Assembly (NCBI GenBank): GCA_964549835.1
Contig: CAZJXE010000001.1
Coordinates: forward strand, 2,358-28,549
From: an uncultured Weeksellaceae bacterium
GTDB taxonomy: Bacteria; Bacteroidota; Bacteroidia; Flavobacteriales; BACL11
DNA: 26,192 nt
Direction: 5' to 3'
Notes under the pieces: generated by a model
Told to the model about the DNA's origin: nothing
Seen by the model: the letters and a program-made list of their open reading frames with translations, nothing else
Databases searched by the model: none
In this document: piece after piece, positions 1 through 9,492 of the stretch
Numbering within the stretch: the first letter of the stretch is position 1
Layout of the letters: the number at the start of each line of letters is the position of its first letter
Made by a program: the position numbers and the translations under genes

Positions 1-2
1 AA

Positions 3-1415
3 TTAGCAAAAATTGTTGCTGAAGTTTTTTCTGCTAATGAAATCAAAGTTTATCTCTTCTCGTCTTTAAGACCAACACCTGAGCTTTCATATGCGGTCAG
101 AAAATTAAAATGTTTATGTGGAATCGTTTTAACAGCCTCACACAATCCTCCTGAGTATAATGGATTCAAAGTATATTGGAAAGATGGAGGACAAATAGTC
201 CCACCCATCGATAATTTTTTAATATCCGAAATTGAAAAATTAAAATTCAAAGAAGTAAATTTTAATTCTAAACCAGAATTAATCGAAATAATAGATGAAG
301 AAATCGATAAACCATTTATTAATATCTGCTTAGAGAATGCAATAAACAAAGATGTCAAAAATAGAAATAACAGTAACATTATATTCACTGCTTTGCATGG
401 AACCTCATCCACCATAATCCCAACATTGCTAAATAAAGCAGGATATAAGAATGTTAGTTATGTAGAGTCTCAAATGATTGCTGATGGTAATTTCAGCACG
501 GTTAAATCCCCAAATCCTGAGGAAATTGAGTCATTAGACCTAGCCTTAAAACTTGGTGATAAAGAAAAAGCAGACATAGTCATAGGTACAGATCCAGATG
601 CTGACAGACTGGGTGTAGCAATTAGAAACTTAAAAAATAATTTAACGTTGATTAATGGTAATCAACTAATGGTTTTAATGTTTAACTATGTTCTTGATAA
701 AAAGAAATCTGAAAAAACATTGAATAAAAATCATTTTGTAGCATCAACAATAGTTTCTACTCCAATGATTAAAAATATTGCAAAATACTATAATGTTGAT
801 TGTAAATTAAGCCTAACCGGTTTTAAATGGATTGCTAAAATGATAGAAGATTTTCCTGATCAAAAATTTTTGATTGGTGGAGAAGAAAGTTTTGGTTTAA
901 TGATTGGTGATGCTGTAAGAGATAAAGATGCTTTAACAGCAAGCTTAGCAGCTTGTGAAATGATATCTTACTACAAACAAAAAAATTCTTCAGTTTTCAA
1001 AGAGTTAATAAAACTTTATTGCCTTCACGGTTTTTACAAAGAAAAATTAGTTTCAATTGTTAAAGGCGGAGAAAAGGGACAAAATGAAATAAAAAAAATA
1101 ATTAATGGTTTTAGAAAAAAACCTCTTGATTATATTTTAGACTCTAAGGTTAAGTATTTTTGTGATTATTCAATTTCATTAAAGAAAAATTTAATTAGTG
1201 GTGTCTCTGAAAATATTATTTTACCTAAATCGAATGTTATTGAATTTGAATCAGATGATGGTTGTAAGATAATTTTAAGGCCAAGTGGTACTGAGCCAAA
1301 AATTAAAATGTATATTTCTGTAAATGAAGCTTTAAACAGTATTGATGAATTTGAAAAAGTTGATAAAATCTTGAATGATAAGATTGAAAGAATAATTAAA
1401 AGTATTGATTTATGA
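3..1415 (+). CDS. Phospho-sugar mutase (phosphoglucomutase/phosphomannomutase family), 5'-partial
   Basis: The frame of the tracked ORF 393..1415 stays open back to position 3, so the gene runs off the window edge and the TTG at 393 is not the start. The upstream part reads ...LTASHNPPEYNGFKVY (catalytic phosphoserine motif, ASHNP at 135-149). Further on are the metal-binding GTDPDADR, GGEESFG and the C-terminal RPSGTEPKIKMY. Confidence 0.95.
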   Translation, partial: LAKIVAEVFSANEIKVYLFSSLRPTPELSYAVRKLKCLCGIVLTASHNPPEYNGFKVYWKDGGQIVPPIDNFLISEIEKLKFKEVNFNSKPELIEIIDEEIDKPFINICLENAINKDVKNRNNSNIIFTALHGTSSTIIPTLLNKAGYKNVSYVESQMIADGNFSTVKSPNPEEIESLDLALKLGDKEKADIVIGTDPDADRLGVAIRNLKNNLTLINGNQLMVLMFNYVLDKKKSEKTLNKNHFVASTIVSTPMIKNIAKYYNVDCKLSLTGFKWIAKMIEDFPDQKFLIGGEESFGLMIGDAVRDKDALTASLAACEMISYYKQKNSSVFKELIKLYCLHGFYKEKLVSIVKGGEKGQNEIKKIINGFRKKPLDYILDSKVKYFCDYSISLKKNLISGVSENIILPKSNVIEFESDDGCKIILRPSGTEPKIKMYISVNEALNSIDEFEKVDKILNDKIERIIKSIDL

Positions 1416-3238
1416 ATACAAACTACTTTAATAGAATTTTTGGATATGCTTGGGTGTATAAAAAATACTTCATACTAAATATCATATCTAATGTTTTTTA
1501 TGCCTTCTTTGGAACTCTTTCAATGATTTCATTATTCCCAATGTTAAAAGTTCTTTTTAATCAAACCGAACAACTAAATCAACCTCCTGTTTGGGAAGGT
1601 GTTTCTGAGATTGCAAATTTTGTCGAAAATTATCTAAATTACTTTGTTACCACTAAAAAAGCAACTGGTAGTGATGATGTGCTAATCTTTATGGTTTCCA
1701 TAATCATAATTACTTTTTTGCTTAAAAATGTCTTTAATTATTTGGCAATGTACTTTATAACATTTCTTAGAAATGGTGTTGTTAGAAATATTAGAAATGA
1801 GATATATGGTCAAATTATCAAATTATCACTTTCCTTCTATTCTGAGAAAAAAAGAGGAGATATTGTAGCCAGAATTTCATCTGATGTCCAAGAATTAGAC
1901 AACTCATTTCTTTCAATCTTTGAGTTAATTGTAAAAGATCCCTTAATGGTTTTATTTACACTGGTTTCAATGTTTTTGATTAGTCCAAAACTAAGCATAT
2001 TTGTAATTATTTTTATACCACTCTGTGGGTTTGTAATTTCTATTGTAGGAAAATCACTTAGAAGAAAATCCCTCAAAGTTCAAAAGGAACAAGGTCAATT
2101 TATTTCACTAGTAGATGAAACTCTTTCAGGTATGAAAATCCTTAAGATTTTTAATGCAGAAAATAAGTTTTTAGAAAAATTTACAAATTCAACAAAAAGA
2201 TTTTATCAATTTTCAAATAGCGTTTTAAATAGAAAAAACCTTGCTAGTCCACTTAGTGAATTTTTAGGAATTTCTTCGATAGCTGGAGTATTATGGTTTG
2301 GTGGAATTATGGTGCTAAATGAAAATTCACTGGATGCCAGTGCATTCATTGTATACCTGGGACTTGCATATAATATTCTAACTCCTGCAAAATCATTAAG
2401 CAGAGCAACTTATAAGGTAAAAAAGGCAGCTGCCGCAGCAGAAAGAATATTTCACATAATTGATAATGAAACGATCGTTAAGGAGGAACCAAATGCTATA
2501 AATATTAATTCTTTTGATGATAAAATTGAATTCAAAAATATGTCATTTTCTTATGATGATGAGAATGTGTTGAACAATTTTAATTTATCTATAGCAAAAG
2601 GAAAAAATATTGCATTAGTTGGTCAGTCAGGTAGTGGAAAGTCAACCATTGCAAACCTTATATGTAGATTTTATGATGTAGATTCTGGATCAATTAATAT
2701 TGACGGAAATAACATTAAAAAATTAAAAAAGGAATCACTTAGGGAGTTAATTGGGTTAGTAACACAGGACTCAATTTTATTTAACGATTCCATAAAAAAT
2801 AATCTTTTAATTGCTAAACCAAATGCTTCAGATGATGAATTAATTGATTGTTTAAAAATTGCTAATGCTTGGGATTTTGTAAATAAATTACCTGAAGGTA
2901 TTGATAATAATATAGGGGATTCTGGAAACAAATTATCTGGAGGTCAAAAACAAAGATTAAGTATAGCTCGTGCGGTTTTAAAAAATCCTCCAATTTTAGT
3001 TTTAGATGAAGCTACCTCTGCCCTTGATAGTGAAAGTGAAAAACTTGTTCAAAATGCATTGGATAATCTTATGAAAAATAAGACTTCAATCGTAATTGCT
3101 CATAGATTGTCAACCATACAAAATGCTGACAATATAATTGTTTTAGATAAAGGGAAAATAATTGAATCAGGAGTTCATAAAGATTTGATGAAAAAAGACG
3201 GAATTTATAGCAATCTAGTTAAAATGCAATCTATTTAA
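1412..3238 (+). CDS. ABC exporter, fused permease + ATP-binding domain (MsbA/Sav1866-like)
   Basis: N-terminal multi-TM domain followed by Walker A GQSGSGKST, signature LSGGQKQR, Walker B ILVLDEATSALD and H-loop IAHRLSTI. ATGA overlap with the mutase stop codon. Substrate cannot be determined from the sequence. Confidence 0.93.
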   Translation: MNTNYFNRIFGYAWVYKKYFILNIISNVFYAFFGTLSMISLFPMLKVLFNQTEQLNQPPVWEGVSEIANFVENYLNYFVTTKKATGSDDVLIFMVSIIIITFLLKNVFNYLAMYFITFLRNGVVRNIRNEIYGQIIKLSLSFYSEKKRGDIVARISSDVQELDNSFLSIFELIVKDPLMVLFTLVSMFLISPKLSIFVIIFIPLCGFVISIVGKSLRRKSLKVQKEQGQFISLVDETLSGMKILKIFNAENKFLEKFTNSTKRFYQFSNSVLNRKNLASPLSEFLGISSIAGVLWFGGIMVLNENSLDASAFIVYLGLAYNILTPAKSLSRATYKVKKAAAAAERIFHIIDNETIVKEEPNAININSFDDKIEFKNMSFSYDDENVLNNFNLSIAKGKNIALVGQSGSGKSTIANLICRFYDVDSGSINIDGNNIKKLKKESLRELIGLVTQDSILFNDSIKNNLLIAKPNASDDELIDCLKIANAWDFVNKLPEGIDNNIGDSGNKLSGGQKQRLSIARAVLKNPPILVLDEATSALDSESEKLVQNALDNLMKNKTSIVIAHRLSTIQNADNIIVLDKGKIIESGVHKDLMKKDGIYSNLVKMQSI

Positions 3239-3312
3239 TAGCCTGTTTAAAAGAGGTGGATAACTATTTATTTTAGTCAATTTATTTTGATAATTAATAA
3301 ATTAATTTCGAT

Positions 3313-3320
3313 TAAATTTA
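3313..3320 (+). promoter_or_regulatory. Candidate Bacteroidota -7 promoter element for purL (TAAATTTA)
   Basis: One mismatch to TAnnTTTG, 19 nt before the ATG, with TTTG at 3286-3289 upstream (23-nt spacer, slightly long). The AT-rich background makes chance matches common. Confidence 0.35.
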
Positions 3321-3339
3321 GCTTTCATATTTATATCAA

Positions 3340-6300
3340 ATGATTTCCTTTTTTGAATCTAAAAATCAATCAGTTTTTGCAGTTCAAACAAAAAAATCTT
3401 TTTCTGAAAACGAGATAAAAAAGCTAGAATGGTTATTTGGCAATGCTACTTTCATTTCAGATCCTAGAGTCAACCGTAATCTAATTGGGCCTAGAGCAGC
3501 TATGGTTTCTCCTTGGAGTACAAATGCAGTAGAAATTTGTCAAAATATGGGATTAACTTCTGTAGTCAGAATTGAAAAATATAATCTAAAAAGTGATGAT
3601 TCGATTGATTTTGACCCTATGTTAAATGAAAAGTTCAGTTCTCTTAGTCAGGATCTATTTAAGATAAATGTCATCCCAGAAAAAATTACCCATATTAATA
3701 ATATTGAAAAATATAATCAAAAAGAAGGTTTATCATTAAGTCCAGATGAAATTTCCTATCTCAATAATGTTTCAAAAACAATAAAACGTGAACTAACTGA
3801 CTCTGAGATATTTGGGTTTTCACAGGTTAATTCTGAACATTGTAGACATAAAATATTCAACGGAAAATTTGTGATTGACGGGCAAGAGAAAGATGAAAGC
3901 TTATTTTCATTGATTAAAAAAACATCCAAAACAAATCCAGATAATATAGTTTCTGCATACAAAGATAACGTAGCATTTATAAAGGGTCCAAAAGTTATTC
4001 AATTTGCTCCCTCCAAATCCGATGAGTCAAACTACTATATTTCTAAAGAAATTGATACGGTAATTTCCTTAAAAGCAGAAACTCATAATTTTCCTACAAC
4101 TGTTGAACCTTTTAACGGAGCAGCAACAGGTTCTGGTGGTGAAATTAGAGATAGATTAGCCGGGGGAAGAGGCTCAATACCATTGGCTGGAACTGCCGTT
4201 TACATGACACCATATTCCAGAATCAATAATAAAGAATGGGAAAACAATATTGAAGAAAGAAAATGGTTATATCAAACTCCGCTTGAAATATTAATAAAAG
4301 CCTCTAATGGTGCTTCAGACTTTGGAAATAAATTTGGGCAACCCCTCATTTCTGGATCTGTCCTTACTTTTGAAAATGATAATGATGGGGAAATACAATC
4401 TTATGACAAAGTCATAATGTTAGCTGGTGGAATTGGTTTTGCCAACAAAGAACACTCTATCAAAAGTAAGCCTGAAAAGGATGATTTGATTGTAATTATG
4501 GGTGGTGATAATTACAGAATTGGTATGGGTGGAGCAGCTGTTTCGTCGGCAGATACCGGAGAGTTTTCTACTGGAATTGAATTAAACGCTATTCAAAGGT
4601 CTAATCCTGAAATGCAAAAAAGAGTAGCAAATGCTATTAGAGGTACTTTAGAAAATGATAAAAATTGTATAGTCTCCATTCATGATCATGGTGCTGGTGG
4701 TCATTTAAATTGTTTAACTGAGCTCGTAGAGGAAACCGGAGGATTCATCGAATTGGATAATTTACCTATTGGAGACCAAACACTTTCAAATAAAGAAATA
4801 ATTGGAAATGAATCTCAGGAGAGAATGGGGTTAATTATAAAAAAAGAAAATATTGATGAATTTATAAGGATATGTCAGAGAGAAAGAGCCCCTGTATATA
4901 TTGTTGGTCGAGTCACAGATGATAATAGATTCACTATACACTCTGAAAAATCAAATCTTAGCTGTGTTGACCTTGATTTAGGTCATTTTTTTGGAAGTTC
5001 TCCACAAACCATTTTGAAAGATCAAACTATCTCCAAAAAATATAACGATATTAAATATTCTAATGGACTTATTCATAATTACATTGAGCAACTATTTAGC
5101 TTAGAATCTGTAGGCTGTAAAGATTGGTTAACAAATAAAGTTGACAGATGTGTTGGTGGAAAAGTTGCAAAACAACAATGTGTTGGTGAACTACAGTTGC
5201 CTCTTAATAATTGTGGAGTAATGGCATTAGACTACTCTACTAAACATGGTGTAGCAACATCCATTGGACACTCTCCAATATCAGCATTAATTGATCCAAA
5301 TGCGGGAAGTAAAAATAGTATAGCTGAAGCATTAACCAATATAATTTGGGCTCCGATTGAAAATGGTTTAAAAGGGGTCTCTCTATCAGCTAATTGGATG
5401 TGGCCATGTAAGAATGAGGGTGAAGACGCAAGACTTTATAAAGCGGTTGAATCAGTTTCAAAATTTGCAATTGAATTAGGTATTAATATTCCAACTGGGA
5501 AGGATTCTTTATCAATGAATCAAAAATATGAAAAGATAGAGGTTAAGTCCCCTGGAACTGTAATTGTCTCGGCAACTGCTCATTGTAATAATATTTATAA
5601 TATTATTGAACCCGTATTTAAACTTGACAAAGGATCTATTTTTTATATTAATCTATCCTCAGATGATTTTAAATTAGGTGGATCAGCCTTTTCTCAAATA
5701 ATTGGTAGTATCGGAAATAATACACCAACTATAATCAATTCAAAATATTTTGTCAATGTTTTTGAAACAATCCAAAAAATGATAAAAAATAATCTTATTG
5801 TAGCCGGCCATGATATTGGTTCAGGAGGATTTATTACATCTTTAATGGAAATGTGTTTTTCTACTAAAAACATTGCTGCAAACATTGATTTATCATCATT
5901 AAATGAAAATGATACGGTCAAAATACTGTTTTCAGAAAATTGTGGAATAATTATTCAGGGTAAAGATGACGAAATAGAAAAAGAATTAATCGATAATGGG
6001 ATAACTGCCTACAAAATCGGTAAAGTTATTAAGGGAAATAAGTTGGAAATAAAAAATCAAGAAAATGAATTTTTATTTGATTTGGAAAAATACAGAGATT
6101 ATTGGTTTCACACTTCTACTCTACTCGACAGTAAACAAACTTCTAACAACTTAGCTGATGTTAGATTTAAAAATTACAAGAATCAACCACTAAAATTTAA
6201 GTTTCCTAAAAATTTTAGTGGCAGCTTAACAAAATTTTCATCTGGAAAAAAGCCAAAAGCAGCAATATTAAGAGAAAAAGGCAGCAATAGTGAAAGAGAA

Positions 6301-6999
6301 TTAGCTAATGCTCTACATCTTGCAGGATTTAATGTTAAAGATATTCATATGACTGACCTGATTTCTGGAAAAGAAACATTACAAGACATTCAATTTTTAG
6401 GTGCAGTTGGAGGTTTTTCTAACTCTGATGTTCTTGGTTCAGCTAAAGGATGGGCAGGATCATTTAGATATAATGAAAGCGCAAGAAAAGCACTAGAAAA
6501 CTTTTTTTCCAGAAAGGATACTTTATCTATTGGTATATGTAATGGATGTCAATTATTCATGGAGCTTGATTTAATATATCCAAGACATGAAAACCATGGA
6601 AAAATGACTTTTAATGATTCAAGAAAACACGAAAGCAATTTCACATCGGTGAGAATAAACACCAATAATTCAATTATGTTAAACTCACTTGAACAGTTAA
6701 ATTTAGGGGTGTGGATCAGTCATGGTGAGGGAAAATTTAAACTTCCCTACCCTAAAGAAAATTATAATATAGTTGCGGAATACGGATATCCAGATTATCC
6801 ATCCAACCCAAATGGCTCTGATTACAATACAGCCATGTTATGTAGTGATGATGGAAGACATCTTGTAACAATGCCACACATAGAAAGATCACTATTTAAA
6901 TGGAATTGGGCATATTACGAGGATGGCAGAGATGATATATTAAGCCCCTGGATATTGGCTTTTTTAAATGCAAAAAATTGGATTTTAGAAAATTCCTGA
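3340..6999 (+). CDS. purL: Phosphoribosylformylglycinamidine synthase (large, fused type)
   Basis: 1219 aa. Motifs NSEHCRHKIF, KAETHNFPT, GAATGSGGEIRD and HDHGAGG. C-terminal glutaminase domain with GICNGCQ (catalytic Cys), SHGEG and MPHIER (His/Glu). Confidence 0.97.
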   Translation: MISFFESKNQSVFAVQTKKSFSENEIKKLEWLFGNATFISDPRVNRNLIGPRAAMVSPWSTNAVEICQNMGLTSVVRIEKYNLKSDDSIDFDPMLNEKFSSLSQDLFKINVIPEKITHINNIEKYNQKEGLSLSPDEISYLNNVSKTIKRELTDSEIFGFSQVNSEHCRHKIFNGKFVIDGQEKDESLFSLIKKTSKTNPDNIVSAYKDNVAFIKGPKVIQFAPSKSDESNYYISKEIDTVISLKAETHNFPTTVEPFNGAATGSGGEIRDRLAGGRGSIPLAGTAVYMTPYSRINNKEWENNIEERKWLYQTPLEILIKASNGASDFGNKFGQPLISGSVLTFENDNDGEIQSYDKVIMLAGGIGFANKEHSIKSKPEKDDLIVIMGGDNYRIGMGGAAVSSADTGEFSTGIELNAIQRSNPEMQKRVANAIRGTLENDKNCIVSIHDHGAGGHLNCLTELVEETGGFIELDNLPIGDQTLSNKEIIGNESQERMGLIIKKENIDEFIRICQRERAPVYIVGRVTDDNRFTIHSEKSNLSCVDLDLGHFFGSSPQTILKDQTISKKYNDIKYSNGLIHNYIEQLFSLESVGCKDWLTNKVDRCVGGKVAKQQCVGELQLPLNNCGVMALDYSTKHGVATSIGHSPISALIDPNAGSKNSIAEALTNIIWAPIENGLKGVSLSANWMWPCKNEGEDARLYKAVESVSKFAIELGINIPTGKDSLSMNQKYEKIEVKSPGTVIVSATAHCNNIYNIIEPVFKLDKGSIFYINLSSDDFKLGGSAFSQIIGSIGNNTPTIINSKYFVNVFETIQKMIKNNLIVAGHDIGSGGFITSLMEMCFSTKNIAANIDLSSLNENDTVKILFSENCGIIIQGKDDEIEKELIDNGITAYKIGKVIKGNKLEIKNQENEFLFDLEKYRDYWFHTSTLLDSKQTSNNLADVRFKNYKNQPLKFKFPKNFSGSLTKFSSGKKPKAAILREKGSNSERELANALHLAGFNVKDIHMTDLISGKETLQDIQFLGAVGGFSNSDVLGSAKGWAGSFRYNESARKALENFFSRKDTLSIGICNGCQLFMELDLIYPRHENHGKMTFNDSRKHESNFTSVRINTNNSIMLNSLEQLNLGVWISHGEGKFKLPYPKENYNIVAEYGYPDYPSNPNGSDYNTAMLCSDDGRHLVTMPHIERSLFKWNWAYYEDGRDDILSPWILAFLNAKNWILENS

Positions 7000-7010
7000 C
7001 TTTTCGGAAT

Positions 7011-7018
7011 AATATTTG
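7011..7018 (+). promoter_or_regulatory. Candidate -7 promoter element for the M14 peptidase gene (AATATTTG)
   Basis: One mismatch to TAnnTTTG, 21 nt before the ATG, in a 40-bp spacer. No convincing -33 element. Confidence 0.28.
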
Positions 7019-7039
7019 CCCTAGCCTAGTAAAAAATTA

Positions 7040-9439
7040 ATGAAAAAAAATCTGTTTTTTCTTTTTTTAATTATGATTTCAGGGACTGGGTTTTCACAGC
7101 AGTCAGATATTTTCTATAAAATTAAAATCAATTATTCAAATCAAGAGGATTTATTAAAACTTGCCAATAATGGAGTGTGTATTGACCATGGTTTAAACAA
7201 AAAAAATCATTTTTTTATCTCTGATTTTTCAGGGGATGATTTACAAAAGATTAATTCATTAGGCTTCACATATGATATATTGATTGATGATGTGGTTAAA
7301 TTTTATCAAAAAAGAAACAAATCTAAATCTAATATTAAATCAAATGAGTTTTGTGATTCTGGAAATGATGATTACACTACTCCAGAAAACTATGATGTAA
7401 AAGACGGAAATGATTTTGGTGGTTTTTACACTTATGATGAAATGATAAGTGAACTTGATGACATGTACACTCAATATCCAAATTTAATTTCCCAAAGAAT
7501 TGATTTAAAAGATAACAATTATAATGGATCACCTCATATTCATGAAACTTATGAAGGAAGGTTTTTACAAATGGTTAAAGTATCTGACAATCCAAATGTA
7601 GATGAAGATGAATCTCAAATTTTATACACTGCTCTTCACCATGCAAGAGAGCCTGGATCCATGCAACAATTGATTTTTTTCATGTGGTATTTACTTGAAA
7701 ATTACGATTCAAATGATAGCATCAAACAGATTTTAGATAACTCAGAGCTATATTTTGTTCCTTGTGTTAATCCTGACGGATATATTTATAATGAGACTAG
7801 CGAACCAAGTGGTGGTGGAATGTGGAGAAAAAATAGAAGGGATAGTCACGGAGTGGATAATAATAGAAATTATTCTTACATTGATGAGAATGGTAACGAA
7901 GTCTGGAACACCTCGGGTACATCTAATAATCCAAATGGTAGCACCTATGCTGGCGATGAACCTTTTTCTGAAGCTGAAAATAGAGCTATTAGATATTTAG
8001 TTGAATCAAAAAATTTCAAATTAGCCCTTAACAATCACACCTATGGAAATTTACTTTTATATCCATATGGATACGATTACAATCAACCAACTGAAGATGA
8101 TGAGATTTATGAATTTATATCTTCAGAACTTGTTAGCGAGAATAATTATGATAATATAATAAGTGCAGACTTGTATCCTGCTGCAGGTGATAGTGATGAT
8201 TTTATGTACGGTATGTTAATCACAGAAGATAATCAAACTAGAGAAAAAATATTTGCAATGACCCCAGAAATTGGGAGTTCATTTTGGCCTCAAGCATCAA
8301 CTATTGAAGGTCTTTGTAAAGGTATGATACATTTGAATCTAACCGCCGCTAAAATGATAGGAAATTATGCAACTCTAGAAGACAACACACCAAATTTCAT
8401 TAATGACACAAATTTTCAGTCAAATTTTAGTATTCAAAGGCTGGGTATTATTGATGATGGAAATTTTTCTATTTCATTAACTCCGGTTTCAACAAATATC
8501 GAATCGGTATCATCAGAAATTAATTTGAATTCTCTACAAATTGGTGAAATTATTGAAGGTACTTTCGAGGTTAATTTAAACGAGGCGATCAACCAAGGAG
8601 ATAGTATTGTTTATAAATACATTTTAAATAATGGTTTTTATGAAGAAGAAATATTGATCAATAAAATATATGGAGAACCACAAATAATTATAGAAGACGA
8701 AAGCGATAATTATACTAATTATTGGAGTGATGATTCTGATTGGTCAAATACATACGAGGAATATTTTTCTCCTGAGACTAGTGTGACAGACTCACCATAT
8801 TCTAATTATAGCAATAACTCACAAGAAATAATTCAATTAATAAATACCGTTGACCTTTCAGGTCTCATTTATGCGGAAATCAATTTTGATGCTAAGTGGA
8901 ATATTGAATCAGGATATGATTACGTTCAACTGGAAATTTCTACTGATAATGGAAATTCATGGATTCCACAATGTGGAAAATATACAACCAAAGGCATTGA
9001 AACACATGATTATGCCTTAGATGAACCTCTATATGATGGTAATCAATCTGATTGGATTAGTGAAAGCATATCATTAACAGATTATATAGGTGAAGAAATT
9101 TTAGTTAGATTTAAACTATATACAGATGGTGGATTGCGCAGAGATGGATTTTATTTTGATAATTTCAAAATTAAGGGTCTCTCGGAAAACTTAAATAATA
9201 ATGAGATTGATCAAAATAATTTTAAAATATACCCCAACCCATTAACTAATTATATAAATATTTACTCAAATAATGAAATATCTAAAATTGAAATTTATGA
9301 TTTATTTGGTAAAAAACTCTTGGCAAAAGAAAAGGAAAATTTAAATAGATTCAACCTATCTCAATTAAGTTCTGGCGTTTACTTAGTCAAAATATTTTCT
9401 AGAGAAATTATTGAAGTTAAGAGAATTATAAAAAAATAA
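7040..9439 (+). CDS. M14 family zinc carboxypeptidase (carboxypeptidase T-like) with C-terminal T9SS type A sorting domain
   Basis: Sec signal peptide and a prodomain-like N-terminus. Zn ligands HHAREP and NNHTYGN, substrate-binding DNNRNY, catalytic Glu in TPEIG. A beta-sandwich-like region (WNIESGYDYVQLEISTDNG) and a C-terminal KIYPNP...LSSGVYLVKI...KRIIKK pattern typical of T9SS CTDs. Confidence 0.9.
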   Translation: MKKNLFFLFLIMISGTGFSQQSDIFYKIKINYSNQEDLLKLANNGVCIDHGLNKKNHFFISDFSGDDLQKINSLGFTYDILIDDVVKFYQKRNKSKSNIKSNEFCDSGNDDYTTPENYDVKDGNDFGGFYTYDEMISELDDMYTQYPNLISQRIDLKDNNYNGSPHIHETYEGRFLQMVKVSDNPNVDEDESQILYTALHHAREPGSMQQLIFFMWYLLENYDSNDSIKQILDNSELYFVPCVNPDGYIYNETSEPSGGGMWRKNRRDSHGVDNNRNYSYIDENGNEVWNTSGTSNNPNGSTYAGDEPFSEAENRAIRYLVESKNFKLALNNHTYGNLLLYPYGYDYNQPTEDDEIYEFISSELVSENNYDNIISADLYPAAGDSDDFMYGMLITEDNQTREKIFAMTPEIGSSFWPQASTIEGLCKGMIHLNLTAAKMIGNYATLEDNTPNFINDTNFQSNFSIQRLGIIDDGNFSISLTPVSTNIESVSSEINLNSLQIGEIIEGTFEVNLNEAINQGDSIVYKYILNNGFYEEEILINKIYGEPQIIIEDESDNYTNYWSDDSDWSNTYEEYFSPETSVTDSPYSNYSNNSQEIIQLINTVDLSGLIYAEINFDAKWNIESGYDYVQLEISTDNGNSWIPQCGKYTTKGIETHDYALDEPLYDGNQSDWISESISLTDYIGEEILVRFKLYTDGGLRRDGFYFDNFKIKGLSENLNNNEIDQNNFKIYPNPLTNYINIYSNNEISKIEIYDLFGKKLLAKEKENLNRFNLSQLSSGVYLVKIFSREIIEVKRIIKK

Positions 9440-9449
9440 AATAATTACT

Positions 9450-9457
9450 TACATTTA
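9450..9457 (+). promoter_or_regulatory. Candidate -7 promoter element for marR (TACATTTA)
   Basis: One mismatch to TAnnTTTG, immediately upstream of the 12-bp palindrome at 9459-9470. Confidence 0.33.
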
Positions 9458-9473
9458 CTATGCATGCATAATA
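9456..9473. promoter_or_regulatory. Palindromic operator candidate TA-C-TATGCATGCATA-A-TA upstream of marR
   Basis: Perfect 12-bp palindrome TATGCATGCATA (9459-9470), extendable to 18 bp with one mismatched pair. It lies between the putative -7 element and the marR ATG, where an autoregulatory MarR operator is expected. Confidence 0.6.
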
Positions 9474-9492
9474 TGTTGATTTATTTTAAAAT

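Noticed and set aside
50-415. Tracked 121-aa minus-strand ORF, and the tracked TTG start at 393 for the mutase
   Set aside because: The minus ORF is the antisense shadow of the mutase, whose plus frame is open from position 3 and contains the catalytic ASHNP motif. There is no frameshift or separate gene.
3255-3263. DnaA-box-like GGTGGATAA (reverse complement TTATCCACC) followed by AT-rich DNA
   Set aside because: It is a single box with one mismatch in a 101-bp spacer. A similar 9-mer occurs inside a gene (7852-7860) and there is no box cluster, so it does not support an oriC. A lone regulatory site cannot be excluded.
3239-3339. Possible purine/ZTP riboswitch or terminator before purL
   Set aside because: The spacer is short and very AT-rich, with no stable stem or conserved aptamer sequence.
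9461-9491. dif-like look: GCATAA ... TTATTTTAAAA
   Set aside because: The arms are 9 nt apart instead of 6, and the XerC-like arm matches poorly. The MarR operator palindrome explains the sequence better.
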